Shown here: piece by piece, positions 10,314 through 19,954 of the stretch
How positions within the stretch are numbered: position 1 is the first letter of the stretch
Layout: every line of letters starts with the position of its first letter
Assembly (NCBI GenBank): GCA_913052585.1
Contig: CAJXEB010000004.1
Location: 2,621-66,620, forward strand
DNA: 64,000 nt
Source of the DNA: an uncultured Flavobacteriaceae bacterium
GTDB taxonomy: Bacteria > Bacteroidota > Bacteroidia > Flavobacteriales > Flavobacteriaceae
Reading direction: 5' to 3'
Program-made: the position numbers and the translations under genes
Notes under the pieces: generated by a model
Seen by the model: only the letters and a program-made list of their open reading frames with translations
Databases searched by the model: none
Told to the model about the DNA's origin: nothing

Positions 10314-11337
10314 AATTGAAGGCCCAGAAAATGAAGATTTATATGAACATTTTCGGTTTGTAGCACAAAAGGGGCAACAACCTCTTAGGGTTGATAAGTA
10401 TTTAATGAACTATATAGAAAATGCTACTCGTAGCAAAATACAACAAGCTGCAAAAGATGGAAACATCTATGCAAATGATATTGCAGTTAAATCTAACTAT
10501 AAAGTAAAGCCAGATGATGTTGTCACAGTATTATTTAAACATCCTCCGTATGAACTTTTATTGGTTCCTGAAGATATTCCATTAGACATTGTTTACGAAG
10601 ATGATGATTTATTAGTAGTAAACAAACCTGCTGGGATGGTGGTTCACCCTGGTCACGGAAATTATAGTGGAACTTTAATAAATGCACTAATATTTCATTT
10701 TGATAACCTTCCAAACAATAGTAGTAATCGTCCAGGACTAGTTCATCGAATTGACAAAGATACAAGCGGACTATTAGTAGTTGCAAAAACGGAAGAAGCG
10801 ATGACGCATCTTGCTAAACAGTTCTTTAATAAGACATCAGAAAGAGAGTATATAGCTTTGGTTTGGGGAGATGTTAAAGATGAAGAAGGAACTATTGAAG
10901 GAAACATAGGACGCCATCCAAAAAATAGATTACAAAATACCGTATTTGAAGATGATGACGAAAATAATGGAAAACCTGCTGTTACTCATTACAAAGTTAT
11001 AGAACGATTAGGCTATGTAACCCTATTGTCTTGCAAATTAGAAACCGGAAGAACTCACCAAATTAGAGTTCATTTAAAATACATAGGCCACACTTTGTTT
11101 AATGATGAACGTTATGGAGGTGATAGGATATTAAAGGGAACCACTTTTAGTAAATACAAACAATTTGTAGATAATTGTTTTAAAATTTTACCCAGACAAG
11201 CACTGCACGCAAGAACCCTTGGGTTTATTCATCCTACTACAGGAAAAATGATGCGTTTTGATTCTCCAATTCCAGAAGACATTGAAAAATGTATTGAAAA
11301 ATGGCAAAAATATTCTGTAAATTCAACAAACCAATAA
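10300..11337 (+). CDS. RluA/RluD family pseudouridine synthase
   Basis: S4-like N-terminus, VNKPAGMVVHP, VHRIDKDTSG, TGRTHQIRVH, QALHA; likely ATG at 10300. Confidence 0.95.
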   Translation: MEENKIEGPENEDLYEHFRFVAQKGQQPLRVDKYLMNYIENATRSKIQQAAKDGNIYANDIAVKSNYKVKPDDVVTVLFKHPPYELLLVPEDIPLDIVYEDDDLLVVNKPAGMVVHPGHGNYSGTLINALIFHFDNLPNNSSNRPGLVHRIDKDTSGLLVVAKTEEAMTHLAKQFFNKTSEREYIALVWGDVKDEEGTIEGNIGRHPKNRLQNTVFEDDDENNGKPAVTHYKVIERLGYVTLLSCKLETGRTHQIRVHLKYIGHTLFNDERYGGDRILKGTTFSKYKQFVDNCFKILPRQALHARTLGFIHPTTGKMMRFDSPIPEDIEKCIEKWQKYSVNSTNQ

Positions 11338-11349
11338 TTACTACTTTTA

Positions 11350-12111
11350 ATGAAAATTGTTATTTCTCCTGCAAAAAGCCTTGATTTTAAAAGTGAAATT
11401 CCTGCTACTAATTTCACAATTCCTGTTTTTATAGATCAAACAGAAGTTTTGAACGCAAAAATGGCGACCAAATCTAAAAACGCCATTAAAAAATTAATGA
11501 GCATCAGTGATAATTTAGCCGAATTAAATCACCAACGTTATCAAGATTTTTCAGTGCCATTTACCAATAAAAATGCTCGCCAAGCTGTTTATTCATTTTC
11601 TGGAGATGTATATGTTGGTTTAGATGCTTATTCTTTATCAGAAGAAAAAATAGTATTGATGCAAGAACAGCTTAGAATTTTATCCGGTTTATATGGGGTT
11701 TTAAAACCTTTAGATTTAATGCAACCCTACCGTTTAGAAATGGGAACTCAATTAAAAATAAATAGCAATAAAAATCTTTATGAATTCTGGGGTAAGACCA
11801 TTACTGATAATTTAAATGAAGAATTAGAAGATGATGAATTATTTGTAAACCTGGCAAGTCAAGAATATTTTAAAGCAGTTCAACCTAAACACCTAAAAGC
11901 AACTGTTGTTTCTCCTATTTTTAAAGACTTTAAAAATGGAAAACTAAAAATCATTTCCTTTTTCGCTAAAAAAGCAAGAGGATCTATGGTTCGTTATATT
12001 TTAGACCATAATGTAACTTCTTTAGAACAATTAAAAAATTTCAATACTGATGGTTACGGTTTCAGTAATAATGATACTTTAAATGAAAACGAGCCTGTTT
12101 TTATTAGGTGA
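11350..12111 (+). CDS. yaaA: Peroxide stress protein YaaA
   Basis: ISPAK, ILSGLYG.LKP.D...PYRLEMG, NLASQEY, AKKARG. Confidence 0.95.
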   Translation: MKIVISPAKSLDFKSEIPATNFTIPVFIDQTEVLNAKMATKSKNAIKKLMSISDNLAELNHQRYQDFSVPFTNKNARQAVYSFSGDVYVGLDAYSLSEEKIVLMQEQLRILSGLYGVLKPLDLMQPYRLEMGTQLKINSNKNLYEFWGKTITDNLNEELEDDELFVNLASQEYFKAVQPKHLKATVVSPIFKDFKNGKLKIISFFAKKARGSMVRYILDHNVTSLEQLKNFNTDGYGFSNNDTLNENEPVFIR

Positions 12112-12175
12112 TTTTTTAAGTATTACTTTCCTATTATCATCATACTTTGTAGCTTAATTTTTAAACAAATAAATG

Positions 12176-13093
12176 TTAAATTATAATTGGAAGATTTTTT
12201 TTCTTCAACAACGTATTCATTCCATCAATTGCTTGTAGACCTCCAGTATGGATTGCTAGTATAGTGCTATTCTCTTTAAAACATCCTTTATTTATTAAAT
12301 CAAAAATTCCAAAAATCATTTTTCCTGTATATATCGGATCTAATGAAACAGCCGTTTTCTTTTTAAAATCATTCATAAATTCGATAAGTTCAGTATTTAC
12401 TTTTGCATAACCGCCCAAACAATAATCATCAAGGATTCTATAATTTGTTTTTTTAGTGAATTTTTGAATATCTGAAGTTTGAAAAGTTCCCTTAAGAGCT
12501 GAAAAACCTAAAACAGTTTGAGTAGGATTAGAAGACTCTATTAAACCAGAAATAGTGCCTCCAGTACCTACTGGCGCACATATATAATCAAAAGAAGTGT
12601 CTTTTTTAGTCAGTATCTCAGTACATCCTTTTACAGCCAAGTCATTAGTGCCTCCTTCTGGTAATAAATAAAAGTCTCCATAAACTGATTTTAAATTTTC
12701 AAAAAAACTCAATTCATTTTTCTTACGATATTCTTCTCTTGAAATAAAATGAAAAAGCATACCACAACTTTTAGCAAATGATAAAGTAGCGTTATCATCT
12801 ACTTTATCAATTAACTCCTCTCCTCTTATAATACCAATAGTTTTAAATCCATATTCTTTTCCCGTTGCAGCAACAGCTGCAATATGGTTTGAATAAGCAC
12901 CTCCAAAAGTTAATAAAGTAGATTTGTTAGACCTTTTTGCTTCGAAAATATTATATTTTAATTTCCTGAATTTATTACCCGATATATCTGGATGAAGTTG
13001 ATCTTCTCTTTTAATTACTAAATTATAATTTGATATAGAAAATACTTCTAATGGAATTATTTGATTTTTAACTTTATAATATTCTTCGAACAA
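12176..13093 (-). CDS. ACC deaminase/D-cysteine desulfhydrase family PLP enzyme
   Basis: KRED..SGNKFRKLKYN, TFGGAYSNH, PEGG, GTGGT, LDPIYTGK, HTGGLQ. Confidence 0.9.
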   Translation of the reverse strand: MFEEYYKVKNQIIPLEVFSISNYNLVIKREDQLHPDISGNKFRKLKYNIFEAKRSNKSTLLTFGGAYSNHIAAVAATGKEYGFKTIGIIRGEELIDKVDDNATLSFAKSCGMLFHFISREEYRKKNELSFFENLKSVYGDFYLLPEGGTNDLAVKGCTEILTKKDTSFDYICAPVGTGGTISGLIESSNPTQTVLGFSALKGTFQTSDIQKFTKKTNYRILDDYCLGGYAKVNTELIEFMNDFKKKTAVSLDPIYTGKMIFGIFDLINKGCFKENSTILAIHTGGLQAIDGMNTLLKKKNLPIII

Positions 13094-13282
13094 AGTGATA
13101 ATATTTTTTTTACAATTTAAACAACAAAACTATAAATGCTTAAATATTAAAGTATAATTTATTTTTTATTTTTAACAAGTTTATTTCTGAATATGTTAAT
13201 TTTAATTGCTTTTTATCCTATTTTTTTGTTTTTTATCGTTTTTAATTATACTTTTGTTTGTGTAATTTTTAAATATTATGTA

Positions 13283-15523
13283 ATGAAAACTACTTTAATC
13301 ACGAAACCCTATATAATAGGTGTACTTTTTATTCTTTTTATAAGTACAATAAGTACAGCACAAGTTGGAATTAATACAATAAGCCCAAGTGCTGGCTCTA
13401 TGTTAGATATTAATAGCACAAATAAAGGTTTATTAGTACCAAGGGTGGATATTATAAACATTAATACTATAGACCCTATTACAGATGGAAGCACAGAAAG
13501 CTTATTAGTATACAATACTAATTTAACAACAGGTAAAGGATATTATTACTGGAATGGATCCATATGGGTTAATTTAAATAGTAATGATTGGAAATTAGAC
13601 GGAAATATAGATACAGATGAAGATGTAAATTTTGTAGGAACAACCGATTCTGAGGCCTTAACTTTTAGAACAAATAACACAGAACGTTTTAGAGTGGCAA
13701 ATGGAGACCAAGTATTAGCGATGGCAAATGGATCTGCAGCAGTACCTTTTTACTCTTGGAATTCAGATCAAACTATGGGTTTTTGGAGATCGGGTACCAG
13801 ACAAATGGATATGGTTATAAATGGAACTTCTTTTTTTAACTCAAATGCCAATACAAGTGGAGGTTCAAATCTAGAATGGACATTTAACCCTGGAGGAGTT
13901 GATTTAAATCTTAGGGTAGAAACCGATAATAACGCCAATTCATTTTTTGTAAGTGGTGAAGAAGATAATATTGGTTTAGGAACCAACTCACCTAATGCAA
14001 GCGCACAATTAGAAATGGCAGCAATCAACGAAGGACTTTTAATAAATCGAGTAACATTATCTGCCACTGACACTCCTTCACCAGTTACATCTCCTGCTAA
14101 TGGGCTACTAGTTTACAATACAGTAAACGCTAGTAGTGGTGCTACTGAAGTGTTACCAGGTTTTTACTATTGGGATGGAATTAATTTAGAATGGGTTGCT
14201 ATGGGAGGAACCAATGGTAGAGATTGGTCTTTAGAAGGAAATTCTGGAACAAATTCAGTGACTAATTTTTTAGGAACAACAGATAACGAACATCTAGTAT
14301 TCAGAACTGATAATAATGAAAGAATGAGAATAATAGATGATGGACGTGTAGCAATCAATGAAACAAATCCTAATGTAAATGATCGATTTACAGTTACTGG
14401 AGATGTAGATGAAAATGTAATAAACGCCTATGCTTCAGGTACAGGATCTGGTGTTTATGCAGACCATGCTGGAACTGGTCATGGAATTAATTCACACCAT
14501 TCGGGTAGTGGATACGCCATGAGAGCAGTAAATATGGGTACCGGTATAGGTCTCTTTGCTTATGCTGCAAATACACATGGTGTGTATGGAGCAACTCCAT
14601 ATACAGGAGGCGTATTTCTTACTGCAGGCAGTGTTGGCTGGGGGTCTGGTGCTAATGGTGCTAATGGTGCATTAGCAATAGTAGACAAAGTTGTTTCAAG
14701 TAACTCCAATATAGGAATTAGAGTAATGTCAGGAAGTACAACTTCAATTTCAACTTCTCAAATATTAAATGTAGGAGTCAATACCAATGCCACTGATTTA
14801 GCTCTTTATGCTTTAACTGAGGGCACTTCAGGCATAAGAGAATCTGCAAGATTTCAAACAAATTATACAGGATCTGCAACGGATTCTGATGCCCGTGATA
14901 TGAGAGCTCAATTAGCTGGATATACCAATGCTAGCCAACAAGGAGGAAGTAACATGTATTATGGTGGTTATTTTTATAGTGGAGGAAACAGTAGTGGATC
15001 TTGGGCTTATGCTGGAGCACGTTACGGTAATACAAATTATAAAATTATAGGAAATGGTAATGTCTCTACCATAGTTGATGGCGCTACTAAAAATGATACT
15101 AAAAAAATAATGTTTGCTCCAGAAGCTCCAGAAGTTCTATTTGAAGATTATGGAATTGGTAAATTGGTAAATGGAATTATTAAAATTGATATCGACCCTA
15201 TATTTTCTAATAACATTACTGTTAATAATGAACATCCTTTAAAAGTTTTTATTCAATTAGAAGGCGACTGTAAAGGTGTTTATGTAATTAATAAATCTAA
15301 AAATGAGTTTACTGTTAAAGAATTACAAAACGGAAACTCTAATACTTCATTCTCTTGGCATATTGTTGCTAACAGAAAAGATGAAGTAGCATCTCGTAGT
15401 AACGAAATAACTTTGTATGAAAAATTACGTTTTCCAGATGCACCAAGTAACATTTTACCTAAAGAAAATAAAGTTTCAAAACTTGAAGAGAATAGTTATA
15501 AAGATACAAAGAGTGAAAAATAA
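13283..15523 (+). CDS. Secreted repetitive protein with two QVGINT-type modules, a Gly/Ala-rich beta region and an APEAPEVLFEDYG C-terminal domain
   Basis: Signal peptide ending AQ/VGINT; duplicated GLL.PRV..LLVYNT..GYYYW.G..W.L.GN..F.GTTD..L.FRT.N.ER; ATG at 13283. Confidence 0.7.
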   Translation: MKTTLITKPYIIGVLFILFISTISTAQVGINTISPSAGSMLDINSTNKGLLVPRVDIININTIDPITDGSTESLLVYNTNLTTGKGYYYWNGSIWVNLNSNDWKLDGNIDTDEDVNFVGTTDSEALTFRTNNTERFRVANGDQVLAMANGSAAVPFYSWNSDQTMGFWRSGTRQMDMVINGTSFFNSNANTSGGSNLEWTFNPGGVDLNLRVETDNNANSFFVSGEEDNIGLGTNSPNASAQLEMAAINEGLLINRVTLSATDTPSPVTSPANGLLVYNTVNASSGATEVLPGFYYWDGINLEWVAMGGTNGRDWSLEGNSGTNSVTNFLGTTDNEHLVFRTDNNERMRIIDDGRVAINETNPNVNDRFTVTGDVDENVINAYASGTGSGVYADHAGTGHGINSHHSGSGYAMRAVNMGTGIGLFAYAANTHGVYGATPYTGGVFLTAGSVGWGSGANGANGALAIVDKVVSSNSNIGIRVMSGSTTSISTSQILNVGVNTNATDLALYALTEGTSGIRESARFQTNYTGSATDSDARDMRAQLAGYTNASQQGGSNMYYGGYFYSGGNSSGSWAYAGARYGNTNYKIIGNGNVSTIVDGATKNDTKKIMFAPEAPEVLFEDYGIGKLVNGIIKIDIDPIFSNNITVNNEHPLKVFIQLEGDCKGVYVINKSKNEFTVKELQNGNSNTSFSWHIVANRKDEVASRSNEITLYEKLRFPDAPSNILPKENKVSKLEENSYKDTKSEK

Positions 15524-15609
15524 TATTTTTAGAGAATAAAGTATAAAACCCTTCTAAACCTAGAGCTATCGAATATGATAGATAAAAATTAAATACTGTA
15601 AAGGCTGAA

Positions 15610-15929
15610 AAAAATATAATAAAAACTTCCAAAAAGACCTTCTCTTTAAATAGTCGAGGTCTTTTTTTATACACTTCGCTTTCAAAACAAATATTCCGAT
15701 AGGCTTGATATTCATGTTTATATATTGCTAAACGAATTAAAAGCTCCAATCCGCCCCAAATATAAAATGGGATAATGAGCAACTCTAATTGTTATCGAAG
15801 ATGTGTTTTTTCATGATTTAAAAAAATTGTATCTTATTTACAAACCTTACTTCATATAAAAATAAAAGGTCAAATGGAAATTCCGTTAAATTTTTCACCT
15901 AAGAACCATCTATTAACTAAAACAATCAA
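15610..15929 (-). pseudogene. Decayed small membrane protein gene (NHE..H.RQQ.E-type family of Flavobacteriia)
   Basis: LIVLVNRWFLGEKFNGISI*PFIFI*SKVCK*DTIFLNHEKTHLR*QLELLIIPFYIW...AYRNICFESEVY, then a frameshift into DLDYLKRRSFW; four in-frame stops; 3' end approximate. Confidence 0.75.
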
Positions 15930-15962
15930 GCAAACAAGATAAGAAAATGTTATTTTTGTATC

Positions 15963-16157
15963 GTGACCAATTTCAAAAAATACATTCCTTTAGAAGAAGG
16001 TGATTTTTACCTAACTCCAGAAGGCTATAAGTGCTTTACAGCGCAATACCATCTAAAACGTGGTCATTGTTGTGAAAGTGGTTGTAGGCATTGCCCTTAT
16101 GGGTTTGACAAAAAAACAAATAAACAGCATGTCATTAAAAAGGAGCGAAAGGACTAA
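15963..16157 (+). CDS. Small Cys-rich protein (DUF5522-like)
   Basis: DFY..EGY..FT..YHLKRGHCCESGCRHCPYG; GTG start. Confidence 0.8.
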   Translation: MTNFKKYIPLEEGDFYLTPEGYKCFTAQYHLKRGHCCESGCRHCPYGFDKKTNKQHVIKKERKD

Positions 16158-16206
16158 AAAATCTCATCCAGAGATTAGCAAGTCCCTAGTATTCTCGCAA
16201 TGACAT
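16129..16206. repeat. TGTCAT...ATGACA palindromic REP-like element overlapping the stop of the DUF5522-like gene
   Basis: Terminal IR ATGTCATT/AATGACAT, central AATCTC-atcca-GAGATT, right arm CTCGCAATGACA. Confidence 0.65.
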
Positions 16207-16219
16207 AACACTAATAAAT

Positions 16220-18208
16220 ATGACTTTTAAAGAAGAAATACAACAAGGAATCCCTAACAACCTTCCTTTAGCTAACGATTATGACCCTTCTATAAATCAC
16301 GCACCTAAACGGAAAGACATTCTTTCTGTAGCTGAAAAAAAGCTAGCACTACAGAATGCGCTTCGTTATTTTGATGCTAAACACCATGCTATACTCCTTC
16401 CTGAGTTTAAAAATGAGTTGGAGACTTACGGTCGTATTTATATGTATCGTTTTCGTCCTGATTATAAAATGTATGCGCGCCCTATTTCCGAATACCCTGG
16501 GAAAACTGAGCAAGCAAAAGCCATTATGTTAATGATTCAAAATAATTTGGATTATGCTGTTGCTCAGCATCCTCACGAATTAATCACCTATGGTGGTAAT
16601 GGTGCCGTTTTTCAAAACTGGGCACAGTATTTATTAGCGATGCAGTATCTATCTGAAATGACAGAAGAACAAACATTAGTTATGTATTCTGGCCATCCAC
16701 AAGGCTTGTTTCCTTCACATAAAGATGCACCAAGAGTGGTAGTTACCAATGGTATGATGATTCCAAATTACTCTAAAAAAGACGATTTAGAAAAATTTAA
16801 TGCATTAGGAGTTACTCAATATGGCCAAATGACCGCAGGAAGCTATATGTACATTGGTCCTCAAGGTATTGTTCATGGAACAACCATCACCGTATTAAAT
16901 GGATTCCGAAAAATAAATAAAAGTCCTTTTGGAGGATTGTTTGTTACTTCAGGATTGGGAGGTATGAGTGGTGCACAACCAAAAGCTGGAAACATAGCAG
17001 GTTGTGTTACGGTTTGTGCAGAAATTAATAAAAAAGCAACCGAAACAAGACACTCTCAAGATTGGGTAGATGAAGTCTATTCAGATATCTTAGAATTAAC
17101 GAATCGTGTAAAAACAGCTGTAAAAAATAAAGAAACAGTTTCCATTGCTTACGATGGAAACATCGTAGACGTTTGGGAAACTTTTGACCAAGAAGATTTA
17201 CATATTGATTTAGGAAGTGATCAAACTTCCTTACATAATCCTTGGGCAGGAGGTTACTATCCGGTTGGATTATCCTATGAAGAGTCCAATGAAATGATGG
17301 CAAATCAACCTGAAGCCTTTAAAGAAGAAGTTAAAAAAACATTACGTCGTCATGCAGATGCTATCAATAAACACACCGCAAAAGGGACTTACTTTTTTGA
17401 TTATGGAAACGCATTTTTATTAGAAGCTTCTCGTGCGGGAGCCGATGTATTAGATACTGAAAACCCCTTAAAAGAATTTAAATACTCTAGTTATGTCCAG
17501 GATATTATGGGACCTATGTGTTTTGATTATGGATTTGGTCCTTTCCGTTGGGTTTGTGCTTCTGGTAAACCTGAAGATTTACTAAAAACCGATCAAATTG
17601 CTTGTGAAGTTTTGGAAGAAATGATAAAAACATCTCCTCCTGAAATACAACAACAAATGCAAGATAATATTCAATGGATAAAAGGAGCACAAAAAAATAA
17701 TTTAGTTGTTGGATCCCAAGCAAGAATTTTATATGCTGATGCGGAAGGAAGAATGAAAATAGCTTCTGCATTTAACAAAGCCATTGCTGATGGCAAAATT
17801 GGTTATATAGTTTTAGGAAGAGATCATCATGATGTATCGGGAACAGATTCTCCTTATCGTGAAACCTCCAATATCTATGATGGCAGCCAATTTACAGCAG
17901 ACATGGCCATACAAAATGTAATTGGAGATAGTTTTAGAGGAGCTACTTGGGTAAGCATCCATAATGGTGGTGGAGTTGGCTGGGGCGAAGTGATAAACGG
18001 GGGCTTTGGTATGGTTATTGATGGTAGTAATGACGCGCAAAGACGACTAGAATCAATGCTCTATTGGGATGTAAACAATGGAGTTTCTAGAAGAAGTTGG
18101 GCTAGAAATAACGAAGCCATTTTTGCTATAAAAAGAGCGATGGATAAAAATCCAAACTTAAAAGTTACGCTTCCAAATTTCGTTGATGATTCTTTATTTA
18201 ATAAATAA
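16220..18208 (+). CDS. hutU: Urocanate hydratase (long, 662-aa type)
   Basis: P.ELITYGG.G, YGQMTAGS.MYIGPQGIVHGT, GLGGMSGAQ, SDQTS.H, GRDH.D, WVSIHNGGGVG.G. Confidence 0.96.
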   Translation: MTFKEEIQQGIPNNLPLANDYDPSINHAPKRKDILSVAEKKLALQNALRYFDAKHHAILLPEFKNELETYGRIYMYRFRPDYKMYARPISEYPGKTEQAKAIMLMIQNNLDYAVAQHPHELITYGGNGAVFQNWAQYLLAMQYLSEMTEEQTLVMYSGHPQGLFPSHKDAPRVVVTNGMMIPNYSKKDDLEKFNALGVTQYGQMTAGSYMYIGPQGIVHGTTITVLNGFRKINKSPFGGLFVTSGLGGMSGAQPKAGNIAGCVTVCAEINKKATETRHSQDWVDEVYSDILELTNRVKTAVKNKETVSIAYDGNIVDVWETFDQEDLHIDLGSDQTSLHNPWAGGYYPVGLSYEESNEMMANQPEAFKEEVKKTLRRHADAINKHTAKGTYFFDYGNAFLLEASRAGADVLDTENPLKEFKYSSYVQDIMGPMCFDYGFGPFRWVCASGKPEDLLKTDQIACEVLEEMIKTSPPEIQQQMQDNIQWIKGAQKNNLVVGSQARILYADAEGRMKIASAFNKAIADGKIGYIVLGRDHHDVSGTDSPYRETSNIYDGSQFTADMAIQNVIGDSFRGATWVSIHNGGGVGWGEVINGGFGMVIDGSNDAQRRLESMLYWDVNNGVSRRSWARNNEAIFAIKRAMDKNPNLKVTLPNFVDDSLFNK

Positions 18209-18215
18209 TAAAAAC

Positions 18216-18740
18216 ATGAAAAATTTAAAATTTACCCCTCTATTATTAATATTTGTATTTGTTCTTACTTCTTGTTCTTCAGTTCGAGTTGTTTCAGATT
18301 ATGATTCTGTAACAGATTTCACTAAGTATAAAACATTTGCTTTTTACAAACCTGGTATCGATAAAGCTAAAATTTCCGATTTGGATAAAAAAAGAATTAT
18401 GCGTCAAATTGAAGCAAATTTGAAGGCTAAAGGCTTGACAATGTCTAAAGAACCTGATATGTTAGTGAGTTTATTTACTAAAGAAAAAGAACGCATCGAT
18501 GTCTATAATAATAATTTTTATGGTTATGGCGCATGGTATGGTGGCGGAACTTCCGTTTCTTCTACTCCAGAAGGTACCTTATATATTGACTTAATTGATC
18601 GTAGTAAAAACGAATTAATTTGGCAAGGAATTGGAAAAGGAGATTTAATAATGAGTAGTGTAGAAAAGAAAGAAGCAAGAATTAAAGAAATTGTCACTAA
18701 AATACTTGCTCAATATCCACCAGTCGTTAAAACTAAATAA
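18216..18740 (+). CDS. DUF4136 family lipoprotein
   Basis: LTS-C lipobox, V.SDYD...DF..YKTF.F, EGTLYIDLID....LIWQG, YPP end. Confidence 0.8.
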   Translation: MKNLKFTPLLLIFVFVLTSCSSVRVVSDYDSVTDFTKYKTFAFYKPGIDKAKISDLDKKRIMRQIEANLKAKGLTMSKEPDMLVSLFTKEKERIDVYNNNFYGYGAWYGGGTSVSSTPEGTLYIDLIDRSKNELIWQGIGKGDLIMSSVEKKEARIKEIVTKILAQYPPVVKTK

Positions 18741-18770
18741 TTATATACTTAAACTAAAGCTCTTATTAAA

Positions 18771-19877
18771 ATGAAATTACTTTATACTTTAATTGCAGTA
18801 AGCATATTTACTGTTAATATTGCTGTTGCTCAAAATTATCATTCAGGAACCATAACTACTAATAAAGAACAAACATTTGAAGGAAGAGTTTCTATAGACA
18901 ATGATTCTAAAAAAGTGTTCTATAAAAAAAGTGAAGATTCAGACATATATAATTTTTCAACCATTAAAAATGTAACTATTGGAGATGTCAATTACACTAA
19001 TACTACTTTTAATAATGAAGAATATTTAGCCACTACTTTAGTTTCTGGAAAAGCATCTTTATATGAACTTAGAAATGATAACTTTTTGATTATTAATGAA
19101 AGTAATGGTCAGAAATTCAATTTAAAAAATAACAAGCAACAAATTCCAGGAATCCTATCATTGCTTTTTAATGATTGTAATCCTGTAAGAGATGATATTA
19201 ATAAAACTGAAAGGTTTTCAGGAAAGACATTAATAAGTTTAACTAATTCATATAACAATTGCGAGTATGGCACTTATGTTCCTACTGAAACTGAAATAAA
19301 CAAAGCAAACACTTATAATACAGATACGTTTAGGTTTTATGCTGCTTTACTAGGGAGCTTCAATAGCACAAAAGTAAACAACTACGATTCTAATAGTTCA
19401 AACGGTTTTGGTTTAGGTTTAGGTCTTGCTGCTTCACCAAGTTTTATGGGAAAGCTACAAGGAAATATCTATATAGATTTTGATCTTTCTATGATTTTTT
19501 CTGGAGATAATGATTTTAACAATGGATTAATACCATTAAACTACAAAGTAAACAGCTACCGATTATCATTAGGGCTAGAGTATGTATTTAATAAAGAAGG
19601 TATCTTATCTCCATTTTTAGGGATAGGATATGGTTATACTTCAGATTACTATAATGGTTATATAGGAGCAATAGATTTTAAAGATCATAATCAAAACTAC
19701 TTCTTTTTACCAAAAACTGGTGTTCTTTATAAGTTAAAAAATAAAAAACATATTGGATTAACGATAAGTTATATTTCAGAATATGAAAACAATCTAAGTT
19801 TCATTTATAATGAAGTTTACAATCCTCTTTTAATTAAAAACAGTTTTGTAACGATAGGCTTAAATTATTATTTTTAA
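18771..19877 (+). CDS. Outer-membrane protein, N-terminal soluble domain plus small C-terminal beta-barrel (PorT-like)
   Basis: Signal peptide, LVSGKASLY, paired Cys, SPFLGIGYGY strand, terminal GLNYYF. Confidence 0.6.
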   Translation: MKLLYTLIAVSIFTVNIAVAQNYHSGTITTNKEQTFEGRVSIDNDSKKVFYKKSEDSDIYNFSTIKNVTIGDVNYTNTTFNNEEYLATTLVSGKASLYELRNDNFLIINESNGQKFNLKNNKQQIPGILSLLFNDCNPVRDDINKTERFSGKTLISLTNSYNNCEYGTYVPTETEINKANTYNTDTFRFYAALLGSFNSTKVNNYDSNSSNGFGLGLGLAASPSFMGKLQGNIYIDFDLSMIFSGDNDFNNGLIPLNYKVNSYRLSLGLEYVFNKEGILSPFLGIGYGYTSDYYNGYIGAIDFKDHNQNYFFLPKTGVLYKLKNKKHIGLTISYISEYENNLSFIYNEVYNPLLIKNSFVTIGLNYYF

Positions 19878-19893
19878 AAGAATAATTTAAAAG

Positions 19894-19939
19894 AATAAAA
19901 AAGGGTGTTTTCAATAAATTGAAAACACCCTTTTTTATT
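19894..19939. terminator. Bidirectional terminator ending the 19-kb minus-strand run
   Basis: Perfect inverted repeat aataaaaaagggtgttttcaat-aa-attgaaaacacccttttttatt. Confidence 0.9.
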
Positions 19940-19954
19940 AAAATATATTGGAGG

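Noticed and set aside
13193-13282. 30-aa N-terminal extension of the 776-aa ORF
   Set aside because: It is AT-rich promoter-region sequence containing TACTTTTG; ATG 13283 gives a normal signal peptide.
15459-15782. 107-aa ORF as an intact gene
   Set aside because: It is the middle fragment of the pseudogene plus an out-of-frame tail.
15780-15929. Stop-codon recoding (TGA as Trp or Sec)
   Set aside because: TAA stops and a frameshift occur in the same frame, and yaaA ends in a normal TGA.
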